Source of the DNA: Paragordius varius | Lineage: Eukaryota; Animalia; Nematomorpha | Reading direction: 5' to 3' | Length of the DNA stretch: 64,000 nt | Assembly: GCA_964247055.1 (NCBI GenBank) | Contig: OZ176058.1 | Span: 4,278,001 to 4,342,000, forward strand | In this document: one piece after another, positions 12,963-25,900 of the stretch | Numbering within the stretch: position 1 is the stretch's first letter | Layout of the letters: the number at the start of each line of letters is the position of its first letter | Position numbers and translations under genes: made by a program | Notes under the pieces: model-generated | What the model saw: the letters and a program-made list of their open reading frames with translations, nothing else | The model's database searches: none | Told to the model about the DNA's origin: nothing

Positions 12963-13200
12963 CCATTTACAGTTAAAATTCACTCATGAACAAATTAAAT
13001 TCCTCCTTGAACAATTCAAATTCACCCTAAAAATAAATTATATGTTTGAACTACTATAACTCCTTATTAATATAAAATATATCTTTATGTCATTTTCAGT
13101 ATTATCTTAATTTAAAACAAAATTTTTATTTTTTATAATTATAGGTAATTTTTAATCTTAAAAAACTTATATTTTGTATGAGAGTGAATTTGAATATTAA
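12963..13200. mobile_element. MITE family B, right end truncated
   Basis: CCATTTACAGTT left end with 21-mer repeats; absent from duplication copy B. Confidence 0.75.
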
Positions 13201-13700
13201 TAACTAACTTTCTAGCAATTTATGTATACTTACTCATACTGTAATTCGTATAATATATAATCCCAATTTTTCGAAATAACACATTATTAAGATTATAAAT
13301 TAAACATTGTTGTTTTTAAAATGATTAATTTTATTGTCCTAATCCAATTTTAAATAAAACTAAAATTTATACAAGTTTGGTGAAATAACCGTTTATAAAT
13401 CGTATTTATTTAATTTTAACACGCTAAAACTAAAGCTAATTATTTTATCTGATCACATCTAACATTAATATAAACAGAAATTGCATTATTTGTATATTTA
13501 ACTAATGAACACATGTCATATTAAATAATTTTTATTTTAATCCGTAAAAAAAGTAATATTAAGTTTTCAAAAATAAATCTTTTTGAATCCAAGTATGGCT
13601 AAAAAAAATTAATTTTAATTCAGAGACAAAAAAAGCACAAAGTGATATATTATTGGTTAATAATAGGAGGGTTTTTAATTTAGTTTTTTAGGGTTAAATA

Positions 13701-13996
13701 CAGTAAAAACTGAAATTATACTATGGACAAAAGGTAAAAATATAAAGACAAATATTTTTTTTAAAAGACAACCCCATACTTTTTCAAACTTTAATTTTTT
13801 CTATATAGGCTCTATTTAATAACAGTTGTTATATATAGAATTGATTGTGTCACCAATATATATATCAATTTTATAATCAATAGGAAACAATTAGTAATAT
13901 TTTGAAAAATGGGGTTTAAAAAATATGGTTTTGTCTTTTGAAAAAATATTTGTCTTTATATTTTTACATTTTGTCCGTATAAACCAATTTTTACTG
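13701..13996. mobile_element. MITE family A
   Basis: Both TIRs present. Confidence 0.88.
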
Positions 13997-14402
13997 ATAA
14001 CTCTAATAAATTAATAGATTGCTGCAAAAAAATTTTTTATTTTTTTTTGCTATTAAATATCTCTCAAAGAACTTTTTGTTAATAAATATATATACGATAT
14101 ATATAAATAATTTAAATAAAGTGGTTGGTTTAAGTTGTATTTTTAATTTATACAAAAAATATGACTTGTTTTTATGATAAAAATTACAGTAAAAATTTCA
14201 ATTTTACGAAGAAAATGTATAAAAAATATAAAGACAAAAAGATTTATTTTTCCAAAAGCCCGCTCGTTATTTATTCATTTTTAAACCCAAATTTCACCTA
14301 AACTATTTAGTTTTATAATCTTTAATGACTAAAAGAGAAGTAGTTAAAAATATATGGTTATCTTTTACAAAAAAATAATTTTTATAGATTTTAGATTTTA
14401 TA

Positions 14403-14645
14403 TAGTAAATATTGAAATTTTATACGGAAGGACAAAACGTAAAAGTATAAGACAAATATTTTTTTTAAAAGACAACCATAAAGTCGTAAATTATAGAATA
14501 GATTGTGTTAGTTTCATTAAAACTTTGCCATTTTAAACAATAAGTTTTATTTTAAAAATCAAGATTTAAAAAGTATGGGTTTAGAAAAAAATATTTGTCT
14601 TAATATTTTTACGTTTTGTCGATGGTATAATTTCAATTTTTCTTG
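14403..14645. mobile_element. MITE family A, degenerate; a further left arm at ~14187
   Basis: TIR-derived sequence at both ends. Confidence 0.7.
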
Positions 14646-15026
14646 TACATATTAAATATTTTCTATAAAGGGTATATATACAAATTAAATTGTAAATAAT
14701 TTAATTTATTCTCACACTATAGGAAAATTATTTTCACACTAAAAGAAAAAGCATAAGTTAATAATAAAATAATCTTAAATAATATAATTCTAATAAAATC
14801 ACCCTTTAACATTTCGAATTCATCTTTACACCTTTAAACTTATTATTTTAACATTTGATACTAACTTTATAAATTTTTGGGCCAATCAAACTCATTATTG
14901 ATTGAATATTTTATGATTTATCTTTTTTACTAATTTATAAATAAGAATCATTTTTTAAAAATATAAAAAAATTCGATTTCCAAAAACACAATTAATTTTT
15001 AAGATAAATTTGAATTGTTTAAGGGT

Positions 15027-15756
15027 TTAAAAATAAGGGTTCGTAGGGTTATGTTGTCCATATGAGGAGTTTGTAGTCAGCTGATTGGCAGAATTTTGAC
15101 CATAAAAAGCATTGTTGGATCCTGCGTTGCCATGGTAACTAAAAGAAGGGAAATAAAAAATTAATAGTTGAATGAAATTGTTGGACTAATTAAACTATTT
15201 AAAATATTTATAAATAAAATTTTAAATTAATGGATAGATATAATAAAAAAATTAAATTTTGAATAAAAATTACAAAATGATACTTATACATATTCAAAAA
15301 CTATATGTTTCTTTCAAAAGATTTATATCAATGTTAAAAACATTTAAATGATAGATAAATTATCCATAAAGTTATATGAAAACATTTATATGGCAACATT
15401 ATGTCAAAACAAAAGAAGTATTTTCCTTTAGATCTAAAATCAGCTGATTTATCCAAAATGATTCAAGTATGATATAATGAATGAATGAAAAAGCATTTAC
15501 CCCATAGGATTTGGGGGAGGAGCTATGAAATTTTGCCCACCAGAATTAACATTAGGGGCCGTGTAGGGGAAATGACTACCCACAGGGTATATTTGTGGCC
15601 CATAGGAAGGGTTGCCATGGTAACCGCTAACAGCTGATAAATTTTGCTGGTTACCATGGTAACCACTGTTGTTATTTATAATTTCATGGGACATGTGGGA
15701 AGATGGTGGTCCATAATTCATTCTAGAATGTTCATAGGCTGGTGTCGGCAAGCCAC
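15027..15756 (-). CDS. Duplicated SS18 terminal exons 6' and 7' (intact; alternative 3' end or young partial pseudogene)
   Basis: Exon 6' 15501-15756 and exon 7' 15027-15138. Same splice sites and phases as 23404-23653 and 22912-23023; frame and stop retained (...HNPTNPYF*). Confidence 0.6.
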
Positions 15757-15810
15757 CTGAATAATTTGGGCCTGTAACTGTATAGCTAGACCCTAAATTT
15801 ATATTTTATA

Positions 15811-15940
15811 CCATTTACAACTCAAATTCACCCTTGAACAATTCAAATATTCACCCTTGAACAATTCAAATTCACCCTTGAACAATTTAAATTTACCCTA
15901 AAAAAAATTATGTTTTTTCGGGATAATATATCACTTATGA
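15811..15940. mobile_element. MITE family B left arm at the duplication breakpoint
   Basis: CCATTTACAACTC plus 21-mer repeats, then homology to copy B is lost. Confidence 0.75.
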
Positions 15941-18062
15941 TATAAAATTTATTTGAAGTAATATTAAAACATCTTATAATTTGAATGATTTACCTTAAAC
16001 CTTATAATTAATAAAATTGTTATGTGATAATATAAGACCATCATCAATTAGACTTACGTAGGATATGGAGAGTTAGGTAAAAAAGTAAAATTTTATTATT
16101 TGACTTATATAAATAAATCTGTGCTAGTTTTAATAAACAGGAGCATTGGATTTAAAAATTATTATAGCGACTTTCAAACATAACATACTTTATATTCTTA
16201 CCCATTCCTATTTCTCAAGACAGTTATTTTAATTTTATCAAAATTGTTGAAATGTTAATTGAAAAAATTATTAAAAGCATTCAGCAATTAGGTATTTGAT
16301 TGATTTTGCTCTCTAAAATTAATTAAATCCTATTCAATAATTTTTTTTACATAGAAATCGCTATTTATATTATAATTTTATAAACTAGGATGTTTATTTC
16401 AAACAAGACCACTTACATTTTTTAAAAAAGAAATTGTTTATCAAAATAGCTTAATTTTATTAAATTTCAAATATGTATTCAGAGCATTTTACATTCATAC
16501 CATTGAAGTTTCAAAATGATTTAATCCCAAATTGCAACTAATCTTTAATTTTATAAAGATTAGAATTGGATGAAGAATCTTTTTATATTTAATGGGGGTA
16601 AGTTCTTTGAAACTTTCGAGTTTAAGGGCTAGGGTTATAGCGAGGGATATGAGTTGGTTTATTTTCTTAAAGAAGCCTACGGGACTTCCTAGGTGTGCGA
16701 AACAGGTCAAGACCCATGCATATTTATAGTAACCTTGCTGTTTAAATGCAAAACAAAGTATTCATTTGATAGTTAAAATAAAATGTATTCTATATCCATT
16801 ATTTTTGTTAAGTGTATCAAAATTACAAGATGCCACATATCATGGATGAAATAAGAAATTTATAAAATGTAAAATTTTTTAAATTGTTTCATAAGGTTAG
16901 TACAAAATAATAATTACCTGCTTTTTGCTATAATTATATCTTTAATGATACATAAATATTTAAATCTGAACAGATTTAATTTATCCAAATACAATATAAA
17001 ATGAATATAAAAATAAAATCCGAACACCTAAAAATTTTATAAAAAAATTTAGCTAATTAATCATATACACAAGTGTATTATATTAGTAGTTCCAAATGGC
17101 TATAGAGAGTTAATCAAGAGCTATTCAAAATATGAAATATTTATTTCTGAATGTTTTAATAGGCTATATATATAAATTTACAAATATTTTTGGTGTTTTG
17201 TTACATAACAAATATTTTAATTTATAAGAATATAACATCAATATATTTTTATTCTGATATTTATTTAAATGTCATTAATTCTTAATTCTTAAAATTATAT
17301 CGCTTATGCCAGATGGTTCTCATAGATACATTATTACAAATCTAAAAATTGTGATTCGCTCATTTTAAGGAAAATTATAATGAATTTTTTGGAGCAGAAT
17401 GGTTTTTTTATATGTTTTTTTATTTTTAGATATAAATTGTTTTAAAAATGCCAGATAATATCAATTTGATCTAAATATTTACGAAATTTAAATGTGATAC
17501 TCGAAGAACAATTTACTAATATTTTCAGATAAATTTAGTGTGGGAGTAAGCATTCCGAATAAATTGTGTTGCTTTATTATATTGGAAACATCCTTCATGA
17601 GAACTTTAAATTTTGCTCTACTATCTGTCAATGATCATTCTATCGGGTAAAATATTATAAATTGTTTGTTATGTTAAAAGTCATAAACAATTTCCAAATT
17701 ATATTTTTGGTTTTTTGGTGTATCAATTAAATTAATGCAGTATAGATATTTTTATTATGATGTTTGTACAAATATGGATATAATTAATTATAAAAAATAG
17801 TATTTGCACAATTAATTGATTTGGGAATAATTAAATATATAAAGAATGATGTTTAAATCAAGAAAATTAAAATTATAAACAGAAAAAAATGAAAATTAGC
17901 TTCGTTTACTTTCAAATTTTAATTAATTTTTTTTCAAAAACCTAATTATTTGGCAAAAATTTAAAGACAAACAAATTTTTTAATCAAATACCCCAGTTTA
18001 TTAAACAAGAATTAACATTTCAAATTTTTCTTTGATTTCTCTGTGTAAAACTCTTAACTACC

Positions 18063-18132
18063 ATGCGTTTTATAATATTCTTAATTACGGCGATCATTAT
18101 TATGCCTACGATCTTTGTTGAAGGCATATCTG
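18063..18132 (+). pseudogene. Third, orphan copy of exon 1 (signal peptide) of the secreted gene
   Basis: MRFIIFLITAIIIMPTIFVEGIS+G|GTAAT; homology spans ~17986-18208. Confidence 0.8.
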
Positions 18133-18207
18133 GTAATGTTTTATTCATATGTTTCATTTTTACAATTTACATTAAAAAGACAAACTTAGCAACTTATGTT
18201 CAATTTA

Positions 18208-18469
18208 CAGTAAAAAATTGAAATTATACGGATAAAACGTGAAAATATAAAGAAAATATTTTTTTCTAAAAGACTACCATACTTTTCCAAACTTCATTTT
18301 TAAAATATAACTTATTGTTTCAAATTCCTAAAATGCTAATAATATATATTACCAACACAATCAATTCTTTATATAACAATTGTAATAAAATAGTTTTTAT
18401 ACAAAAAATTAAAGTTTATTTTCAAGATATTTTTACATTTTGTCCATAATATCATTTCAATTTATATTG
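18208..18469. mobile_element. MITE family A, probably a recombinant copy
   Basis: Left arm and flank match the intron-1 copy; right flank matches sequence upstream of the gene (cf. 9620-9790). Confidence 0.75.
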
Positions 18470-19026
18470 TAGTTGTCTTTATGTTTTGAATTGTCTGTAA
18501 AGTTTTTATTTTTACTATAAAGCAGCCCAACTTATCAGAATTATTCACAAAATTAATTTAATATCGAAATTCGTTTGTTAAAAACCCAAAAATTCGTGTT
18601 TTTCATTACAACATAAAGGTAGAGTTAAGAAATATTTAGCAAAATATATAATTTTTGTTGACTCATTTAAATCAACAATCTCAATTTTTGTTTTTGTTTT
18701 TGAATGAAAAAATATCTGCAATTTTTTATTGACGCATTTTAATTTTCTTATAATAATTGGCGCTTATATTCGGCGAAATACTGCCAATTAAATGTTTTTA
18801 TAATATATATTATATACAGAGTCTATTATGTTTACAAATTGCGCAAATAAATTATCTATTCTGAAAAAACAAACGTTGCTTATTTCTGACTAATATTATT
18901 ACCTTTGATAAAAAAGGTGTTTGGGACCTCCCATTGAAAAAAAGTATATAATACCCCAGTTTTTTAAACAAGAATTCACTATTTCAAATTTTTCTTTAAT
19001 TTCTGTGCGTAAAACTCTTAACTACG

Positions 19027-21493
19027 ATGCGTTTTATAATATTCTTAATTACGGCGATCATTCTTATGCCTACGATCTTTGTTGAAGGCATATCGGGTAA
19101 TGTTTTATTCATATTGTTTCATTTTAACAATTCACAGTAAAAAGTATGCAGACAAACTTAAAAACTTATGTTCAATTTAAAGTAAAAAATTGAAATTATA
19201 CGGATAAAATATAAAAATATAAAGACAACTATTTTTTTTCCATAACATAACCATACTTTGTAAAACCTTAATTTTTGCTATAAAAATAAACTATATAATT
19301 AATTAGGCTACCAATTTACAAACTATATTATATTTTGCAATTGTAAATTATCAGTTATATTTAAAAAAAATCAATATTCAAAATAATGGTTGTCTTTTAG
19401 AAATAAATATTTTATCTTTATATTTTTACGTTTTGCCCGTATAATTTCAATTTCACTGTAATTTTTTTATCTATTAAAATAGATCAACCATCGGAAACGG
19501 AAAAAGGGGACATTAGAAATGATTGTAATATTAAACCAAGGTATGTTTTGCGTGTTAAACATTTTAATTATACAGAATGACAAAATGTTAAAAAAACATA
19601 AATTTTATTTTTCAAAGACAACCATAGAAAATCGATTTTTATAATTTATCAATGTGGTTTGCATATCTAAAGCCATATAAACGAAAATATATATACATAC
19701 TCAATTTGATATACCATAGACAGTTCATATTCACCCTTTAACAGTTCAAATTTACCCTAAAAATGATTAATGTGTTTTTGAACTCATATTTACTCATTAT
19801 TTACATGAAATATATCATAATGCTTAGTTTATTATTTTTTCAGTATTATTTTAATTTTATACAGAATTTCATTTTTTAAAAAAAAATATATAAAATAATG
19901 GGGAATTTTTAATCTTAAAAAACATATAATTTATTTGAGGGTGAATTTGAATTGTTCAAGGAGGCATTTGAATTGTTTAAGGATGAATTTGAATTGTTTA
20001 AGGGTGAATTCTGGTATATAAAAAATGATAGTATGCATTGATAATATAATCAAGATTGTCTTTAAAAAACATTTGTTTTTTGGATTTTATGCTTGCTAAT
20101 TTCCGTATAATTTCAAATTTTATAAAATACGTTATATATATATATATATGAATGAATCTAGTCAGGAATGCTATAAACAAAGCGAAAAAAAATACAATCC
20201 ACCATATAAACTGACAGGAACAAACGTTCCCAAGCCCCAAGGAAATAAATTTAAATGCGAAAAAGGCACAAAAAACTCATATGACTATTGTTCATGTTCA
20301 AGAAAGTTAATAACAGTACCGTATGCCATAAAACAATATTAGTCCATAAAAGAATTTTTTTTATTATAAAAAAAACATTTTTTTCCCTTCTTTTATGGAC
20401 TAATATTGTTTTATGCCATACGCTACTTTAATTATTTTTATACTAAATTTAAACATATATAATGTTTGATCATACATAAAATGTAATTTTTTACAAAAGT
20501 GTTTAGAGTAACATTGTTAGAGTTTCTTATATATTGTTGTCAAATATAATATACATATCAAAGGAGGAATAAGTTTTTCTAGGATACAGTAAAAAATTGA
20601 AATTATACTATGAAGACAAAACGTAAAAATATAACGACAAATATTTTTTTGTATTTTTTTCACCTATTTTTTTCCAATATAACTCTCATTGTTTTAAATG
20701 TGGCAAAGTGTGAAATAAAGATATAAATTACTAACATAATCAATTGTATATTTTACAATTGTAAACTAAATAGCTTATATAAAGTTTAAGGTTTATTTAT
20801 GGTTGTCTTTTAGAGAAAAATATTCAGTATAATTTCAATTTTTACTGTAAACATACATTTTGCTTAATTTTATTTCAAAAAAAATATTATGGGCTTCGTA
20901 AATTAATTACGCATTCAATTTTATAGAGTTAGATTTGTAATTATATACCAATTACAATTCAATTTCCATCTTAAACAATTCAATTTCACCCTTGAACAAT
21001 TAAAATTCACCCTCAAATAAAATATATGTTTTTTAGGATTAAAAATTACCAATATTTTTATATATTTTTAAAAAATGAAAATTTTGTTTTAAATTAAAAT
21101 AATACTGAAAAAAGAATTAACTATAACATAAAATATTTCATATTAATAATGAGTTATATTAATTAATAATTTATTTTTAGGGTAAATTTGAATTGTTTAA
21201 AGGTGAATTTGAATTGTTCGAGGGTGAATTTGAACTGTAAATGGTATATATCGTATGTATGTATGGATAAATAAGGTTAAAAACGGTATAATTATCTTTT
21301 CAATAATAAGATTATTTGTATTTAAGTGCTTACGTTTTGCCTGTATTTGAATTTTTATGGCATAAAAAGTTTAAAATTTATATTAATTTTTTCCACCCAA
21401 TTTTAACTTTTTAGGGACAAGAATGGAAAATCCATTTATGCATGGTATTGGGATTGTGAAATGGAAAATAACCAAAGTATGGAAGAACACTGA
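19027..21493 (+). CDS. Small secreted six-cysteine protein, copy B (121 aa)
   Basis: Exons 19027-19096, 19483-19540, 20162-20320, 21415-21493; lengths and phases identical to copy A. Six aa differences (T10A, K64N, E67K, K79T, Q96P, A97D); all Cys kept. Confidence 0.82.
19180..19458. mobile_element. MITE family A (intron 1, copy B)
   Basis: Paralogous insertion to 10393-10685. Confidence 0.82.
19714..20014. mobile_element. MITE family B (intron 2, copy B)
   Basis: Paralogous to 10944-11229. Confidence 0.82.
20587..20847. mobile_element. MITE family A (intron 3, copy B)
   Basis: Paralogous to 11791-12071. Confidence 0.82.
20948..21244. mobile_element. MITE family B, present only in copy B
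   Basis: tata|CCAATTAC...GTAAATGG|tata; empty site in copy A near 12165-12185. Confidence 0.88.
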
Positions 21494-21679
21494 AAAGAAA
21501 AACTTAACTAAAAAACTGCTTAAAATTTTAATAATCATCAATTTTGTGGCAAATTATTAATTAGTTTTTTTAAATAAAATAAATCAATTTAGCATAAATT
21601 GTTGTTGTTATACAATATTAAATTTTTCAACATTTTTATAAATTTTGACTCTTTCTTATACAGCAGTAGAATCCTTTAT

Positions 21680-21952
21680 CAGTAAAAACTGAAATTATAC
21701 GGACAAAACATAATAATATAAAGACAAATATTGTTTGTTCTAAAAGACAACTATACTTGTAAATTTTGTTTAACTAATTGTTTTAAACTGCAGATATAAT
21801 ATAGAAATGTAAATTGGTAGCACAATTCATTCTCTAGTTTACGATTGTAATTAAATATTTTATATTTCAAAAATTAAGGTTTTAAAAAGTTTGGTTATCT
21901 TTTTTAAAAAAATTTTTGTCTTTATATTTTTATTTTGTCCATTATAATTTCA
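21680..21952. mobile_element. MITE family A
   Basis: Same site as 12614-12889; right end approximate. Confidence 0.75.
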
Positions 21953-22232
21953 TATATACCATATATCAGAAATTGAAATAAAGTTTTGGTGCCTTTTTGC
22001 TTATGTATATATTTTGTTTTATTAAAAAAGCGTTGAATTTTAAATTCGTACATAAAATCAGTCTTGTTTTCATAATAAATACAGTAAAAATTGAAATCAT
22101 ATGAAAGAAAATGTATCAACAATATAAAGATAAAAATATTTATTTTTTCAAAAGCTCGCTCGTTATTCATCATTCATTTTTAAAATTTCACCTAAATTAT
22201 TTAGTTGTAATGTTGAATAACTAAAATACATA

Positions 22233-22522
22233 CAGTAAAAACTGAAATTATACGGACAAATGAATATAAAGAAATTTTTTTTCAAAAAACAACCATACAC
22301 TTTTAAACCTTAATTTATACCATATAAACTATTTAATTAATATTGTATATATAAAATTAATTGTATTATCAATAAACATTTCTATATTATACTTTGCAGT
22401 TTTAAATAAAGAGTTTGATTTAAAAAAAGGAAGATTTAAAAAGTATGGATGGTTGTCTTTAAAAAAAATATTTGTCTTTATATTTTCACGTTTTGTCCAT
22501 AGTATAATCTTAATTTTTACAG
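22233..22522. mobile_element. MITE family A
   Basis: Both TIRs, TA flanks. Confidence 0.85.
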
Positions 22523-22911
22523 TAACTATTTATATTATTTTAATTTTTCTTGTATATACTCCAAATTAAATTGTATATAATTTAATTTATTTTAATACTA
22601 TAGTAAAATTAGTTTCACACTAAAAGAAAAAGCATAAGTTAATAATAAAATAATCACTTCAAATAATATTATAAATCTAAATCAACCTTTAACATTTCAA
22701 ATTCATCATTACACCTTTGAATTTATAATTTAAACTATATTGTGTGTTCTTGGGTTAACCAAACTCAATATTGATATTAAATATTTTATATTAGAATTTA
22801 TCTTTACTGATACAAATTTTAAATAAGATTCATTTTTTTCAAAAATATAAAAAATTTCAATTTCCAGAAAAAAAAACACAATTAATTTTTAGGGTATATA
22901 TTTTAAAAAAA

Positions 22912-25900
22912 TTAAAAATAAGGGTTCGTAGGGTTATGTTGTCCATATGAGGAGTTCGTAGTCAGCTGATTGGCAGAATTTTGTCCATAAAAAGCATTGT
23001 TGGATCCTGCGTTGCCATGGTAACTAAAAGAAGGAAACAATAAATAAAAATTAAGTTATAATTTAATGAAATTAGACAATATTAATATATAAAATAATTT
23101 TAAATTAATTGAGAAAAAAATAATTAAATTTTGAATAAAATTACAGAAAAATACGCTTTTATATATAAATATTTATAAGATAATTATACATATTCAAAAA
23201 CTATATGTTTCTTTCAAAAGATTTTTAATATATCAATATGCTAAAAAAATTAAATTACAGCTAAATTATCCATAAAATTATATGAAAACATTTATATAAT
23301 TATGAAACAATATTGTATAAAATCAGAAGTATTTCTCAAAAATCAGCTGATTTATCCAAAACAATTTAAATATGATATAATGAATGAATGAAAAAGCATT
23401 TACCCCATATGATTTGGGGGAGGAGCTAAATTTGGGCCACCAGAATTAACATTAGGGGCCGTGTAGGGGAAATGACCTACAGGGTATATTTGTGCCCCAT
23501 AGGAAGAGTTGCCATGGTAACCGCTAACAGCTGATACATGGTGCTGGTTACCATGGTAACCACTGTTGTTGTTCATAATTTCATGGGACATGTGCGAAGA
23601 TGGCGGTCCATAATTCATTCTAGAATGTTCATAGGCTGGTGTCGGCACGCCACCTGAATAATTTGGGCCTGTAACTGTATAGCTAGACCCTAAATTTATA
23701 TTTTATATCATTTACAACTCAAATTCACCCTTGAACAATTCAAATTTACCCTTGAAGGATTCAAATTCACCCTTGAACAATTTAAATTTACCCTTGAACG
23801 ATTCAAATTCACCCTTGAACAATTCAAATTCACCCTAAAAATAAATTATATTTTTTCGGGCAGCTAATATAACTCATCATTAATATGAAATATATTTTTA
23901 CGACATAGTTTATTATTTTTTCGGCATTATATTAATTTTAAACAGAAGAACTTCATATTTTAACAATATTATAAAAAAACGGTAACTTTAAATATTAGAA
24001 TACACATAGTTTATTTTAGGGTGAATTCGAATTGTTCAAGGGTGAATTTGTATTGTTCGAGAGTGAATTTGAATTGTTCGAGGGTGAATTTGAAATTTAA
24101 ATGGTATATATTATATTACTTAAATTTTGTTTTGCTCAATTTACATATTATTTTTAGCAATCAGAGTATATATGGGCACAAAAAAACAAAAAATAGTTCT
24201 GAGATTTACACTTTCTACAAAATAAACGATGATTGATTAACAAAATATAAAAAACTGTAAAACTTTACTTAAATTTGCTTGTTGTTGATGATTATTATTG
24301 ATGTCATTTATTGGGTAATTTTCTGCCCCTAATTGATATGAGCTAGGGTAGTTTATTGAATGAGAAAATTTATTCGTGCCCTGAAAGGTACCGGAAAACA
24401 GCTGATTTTGACTTCTTCCAATATCGTCTGCTGGATGCTGTTGTTTATGTTGAAAATTTTGATTTTGATAATTATGATTTGCAACCATATGGCTACTTGG
24501 ATACTGATGAGGTGGAAAATAGGGCCCAGCTGTTTGAAATGCCGCGGCTTCCGGATTATTTGTCGTTGCGATAACACCAGCTGGATATCGATAATACGGA
24601 GGCGCATTTATTAAACTCCCTCCTGATGATGACACCATATGATTATAGGGTGAAACCATGGGGTTGTTTGAATATGGGTACGGTGCTGACCTATTTTTAT
24701 CGCCATATGTTGTAAAACTGGAATTGCCATGAGTCATATAATTGGGGTTAGCGTGGTTTTGAGATGCGAAATTTTTCATGTTACTGTTATGAGTCGAATC
24801 TATATTGCTAGCGTTGAAAGCTGTTTCTTCATTAATAGAGACGTTTGAAGTTGAGCCCACAATTTTAGCTACAACATTTTCAATCGATTGCTCATAAGCC
24901 GCTAAATTGGCGGCGCAAACAGCTGTTTGCGGTTGGGCCTGAACATCTGATTGTTGGTTGTTGGCAGCAGGGGCAACGGTCGTCGACGGTAACGAACCGT
25001 CCGAGCCTGAAGCTAAAACAGCTGTTTTATCGATATCGCCTGCGTTTGGAGTGTTACCATGGTGATATGGTGAGTTAATAATGACTAGAATGGATAGGAA
25101 AAATGGATTATGTGAATGTTTCGTGAGCAAATTATTGATTCATTCATTAATAAATTGAGTTATAAATTTTAGGTTAGATTAAGTAAAAAGCAATATATAT
25201 CAACCAAACTCTGCTGTGATTAGCAACATGCATTATAACTATTTCATTATGTTATATGATATACAAGTGATTATTTTGTCATTTTAGTGCTACTTTCAGG
25301 AATTATATGGATTAATAAGGTTTTTTCAATAAAATTAAGAGAAAACACACTTTAAATGATCCAAATTTAAACCCTAAGAAAATATTAAGCATCTTGAACT
25401 TTAAGAAACCTTATTATGATGTAATGGTTACATAGTACATAAATTGATTCCATTTTTACCAACTTGTGAAAAAATTCGGCTTGCAAAGATGTTTTAGCAG
25501 AAACTTCAAAAAAATTATCCAGGCAACACTACGGGGGGTAGAATTCAGGCTTTGTTAGCCAGTAATATGAAATATTTTACAAATATAAGATTACAAAATT
25601 AATTTATATCCTTTTTTTCTCTACCCTAGTGTATATGAGATTAGGTTTTTAATTTTGATGTGCGCTTATGATTCGTAAACTGGCTAGGGGAGAGAGTAAA
25701 ATGTCTTTTTATGTCAGCAATTTTAAAATTTTTATTTATAATCGTTTAAAACATGATATATTATTTACAATTTAAATTCACCCTTGAACAATTCAAATAC
25801 CCCCTAAAAATAAGTTATGTGTCTTTGAACTATTATAACTCAACATTAAAAAGAGATATATTCTTATAACATCGTTTATTATTTTTTCAGTAATATATTA

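Larger units (their letters stand above)
9770..15940 (+). repeat. Segmental duplication, copy A (direct paralog of ~18525-23880)
   Basis: Collinear homology through the promoter region, four secreted-gene exons, shared MITEs and SS18 exons 7 and 6; the copies differ by MITE indels. Confidence 0.95.
18525..23880 (+). repeat. Segmental duplication, copy B
   Basis: Direct paralog of ~9770-15940. Confidence 0.95.

Noticed and set aside
24353-24614. Three overlapping 72-84 aa ORFs
   Set aside because: Alternative-frame or antisense shadows of SS18 exon 5.
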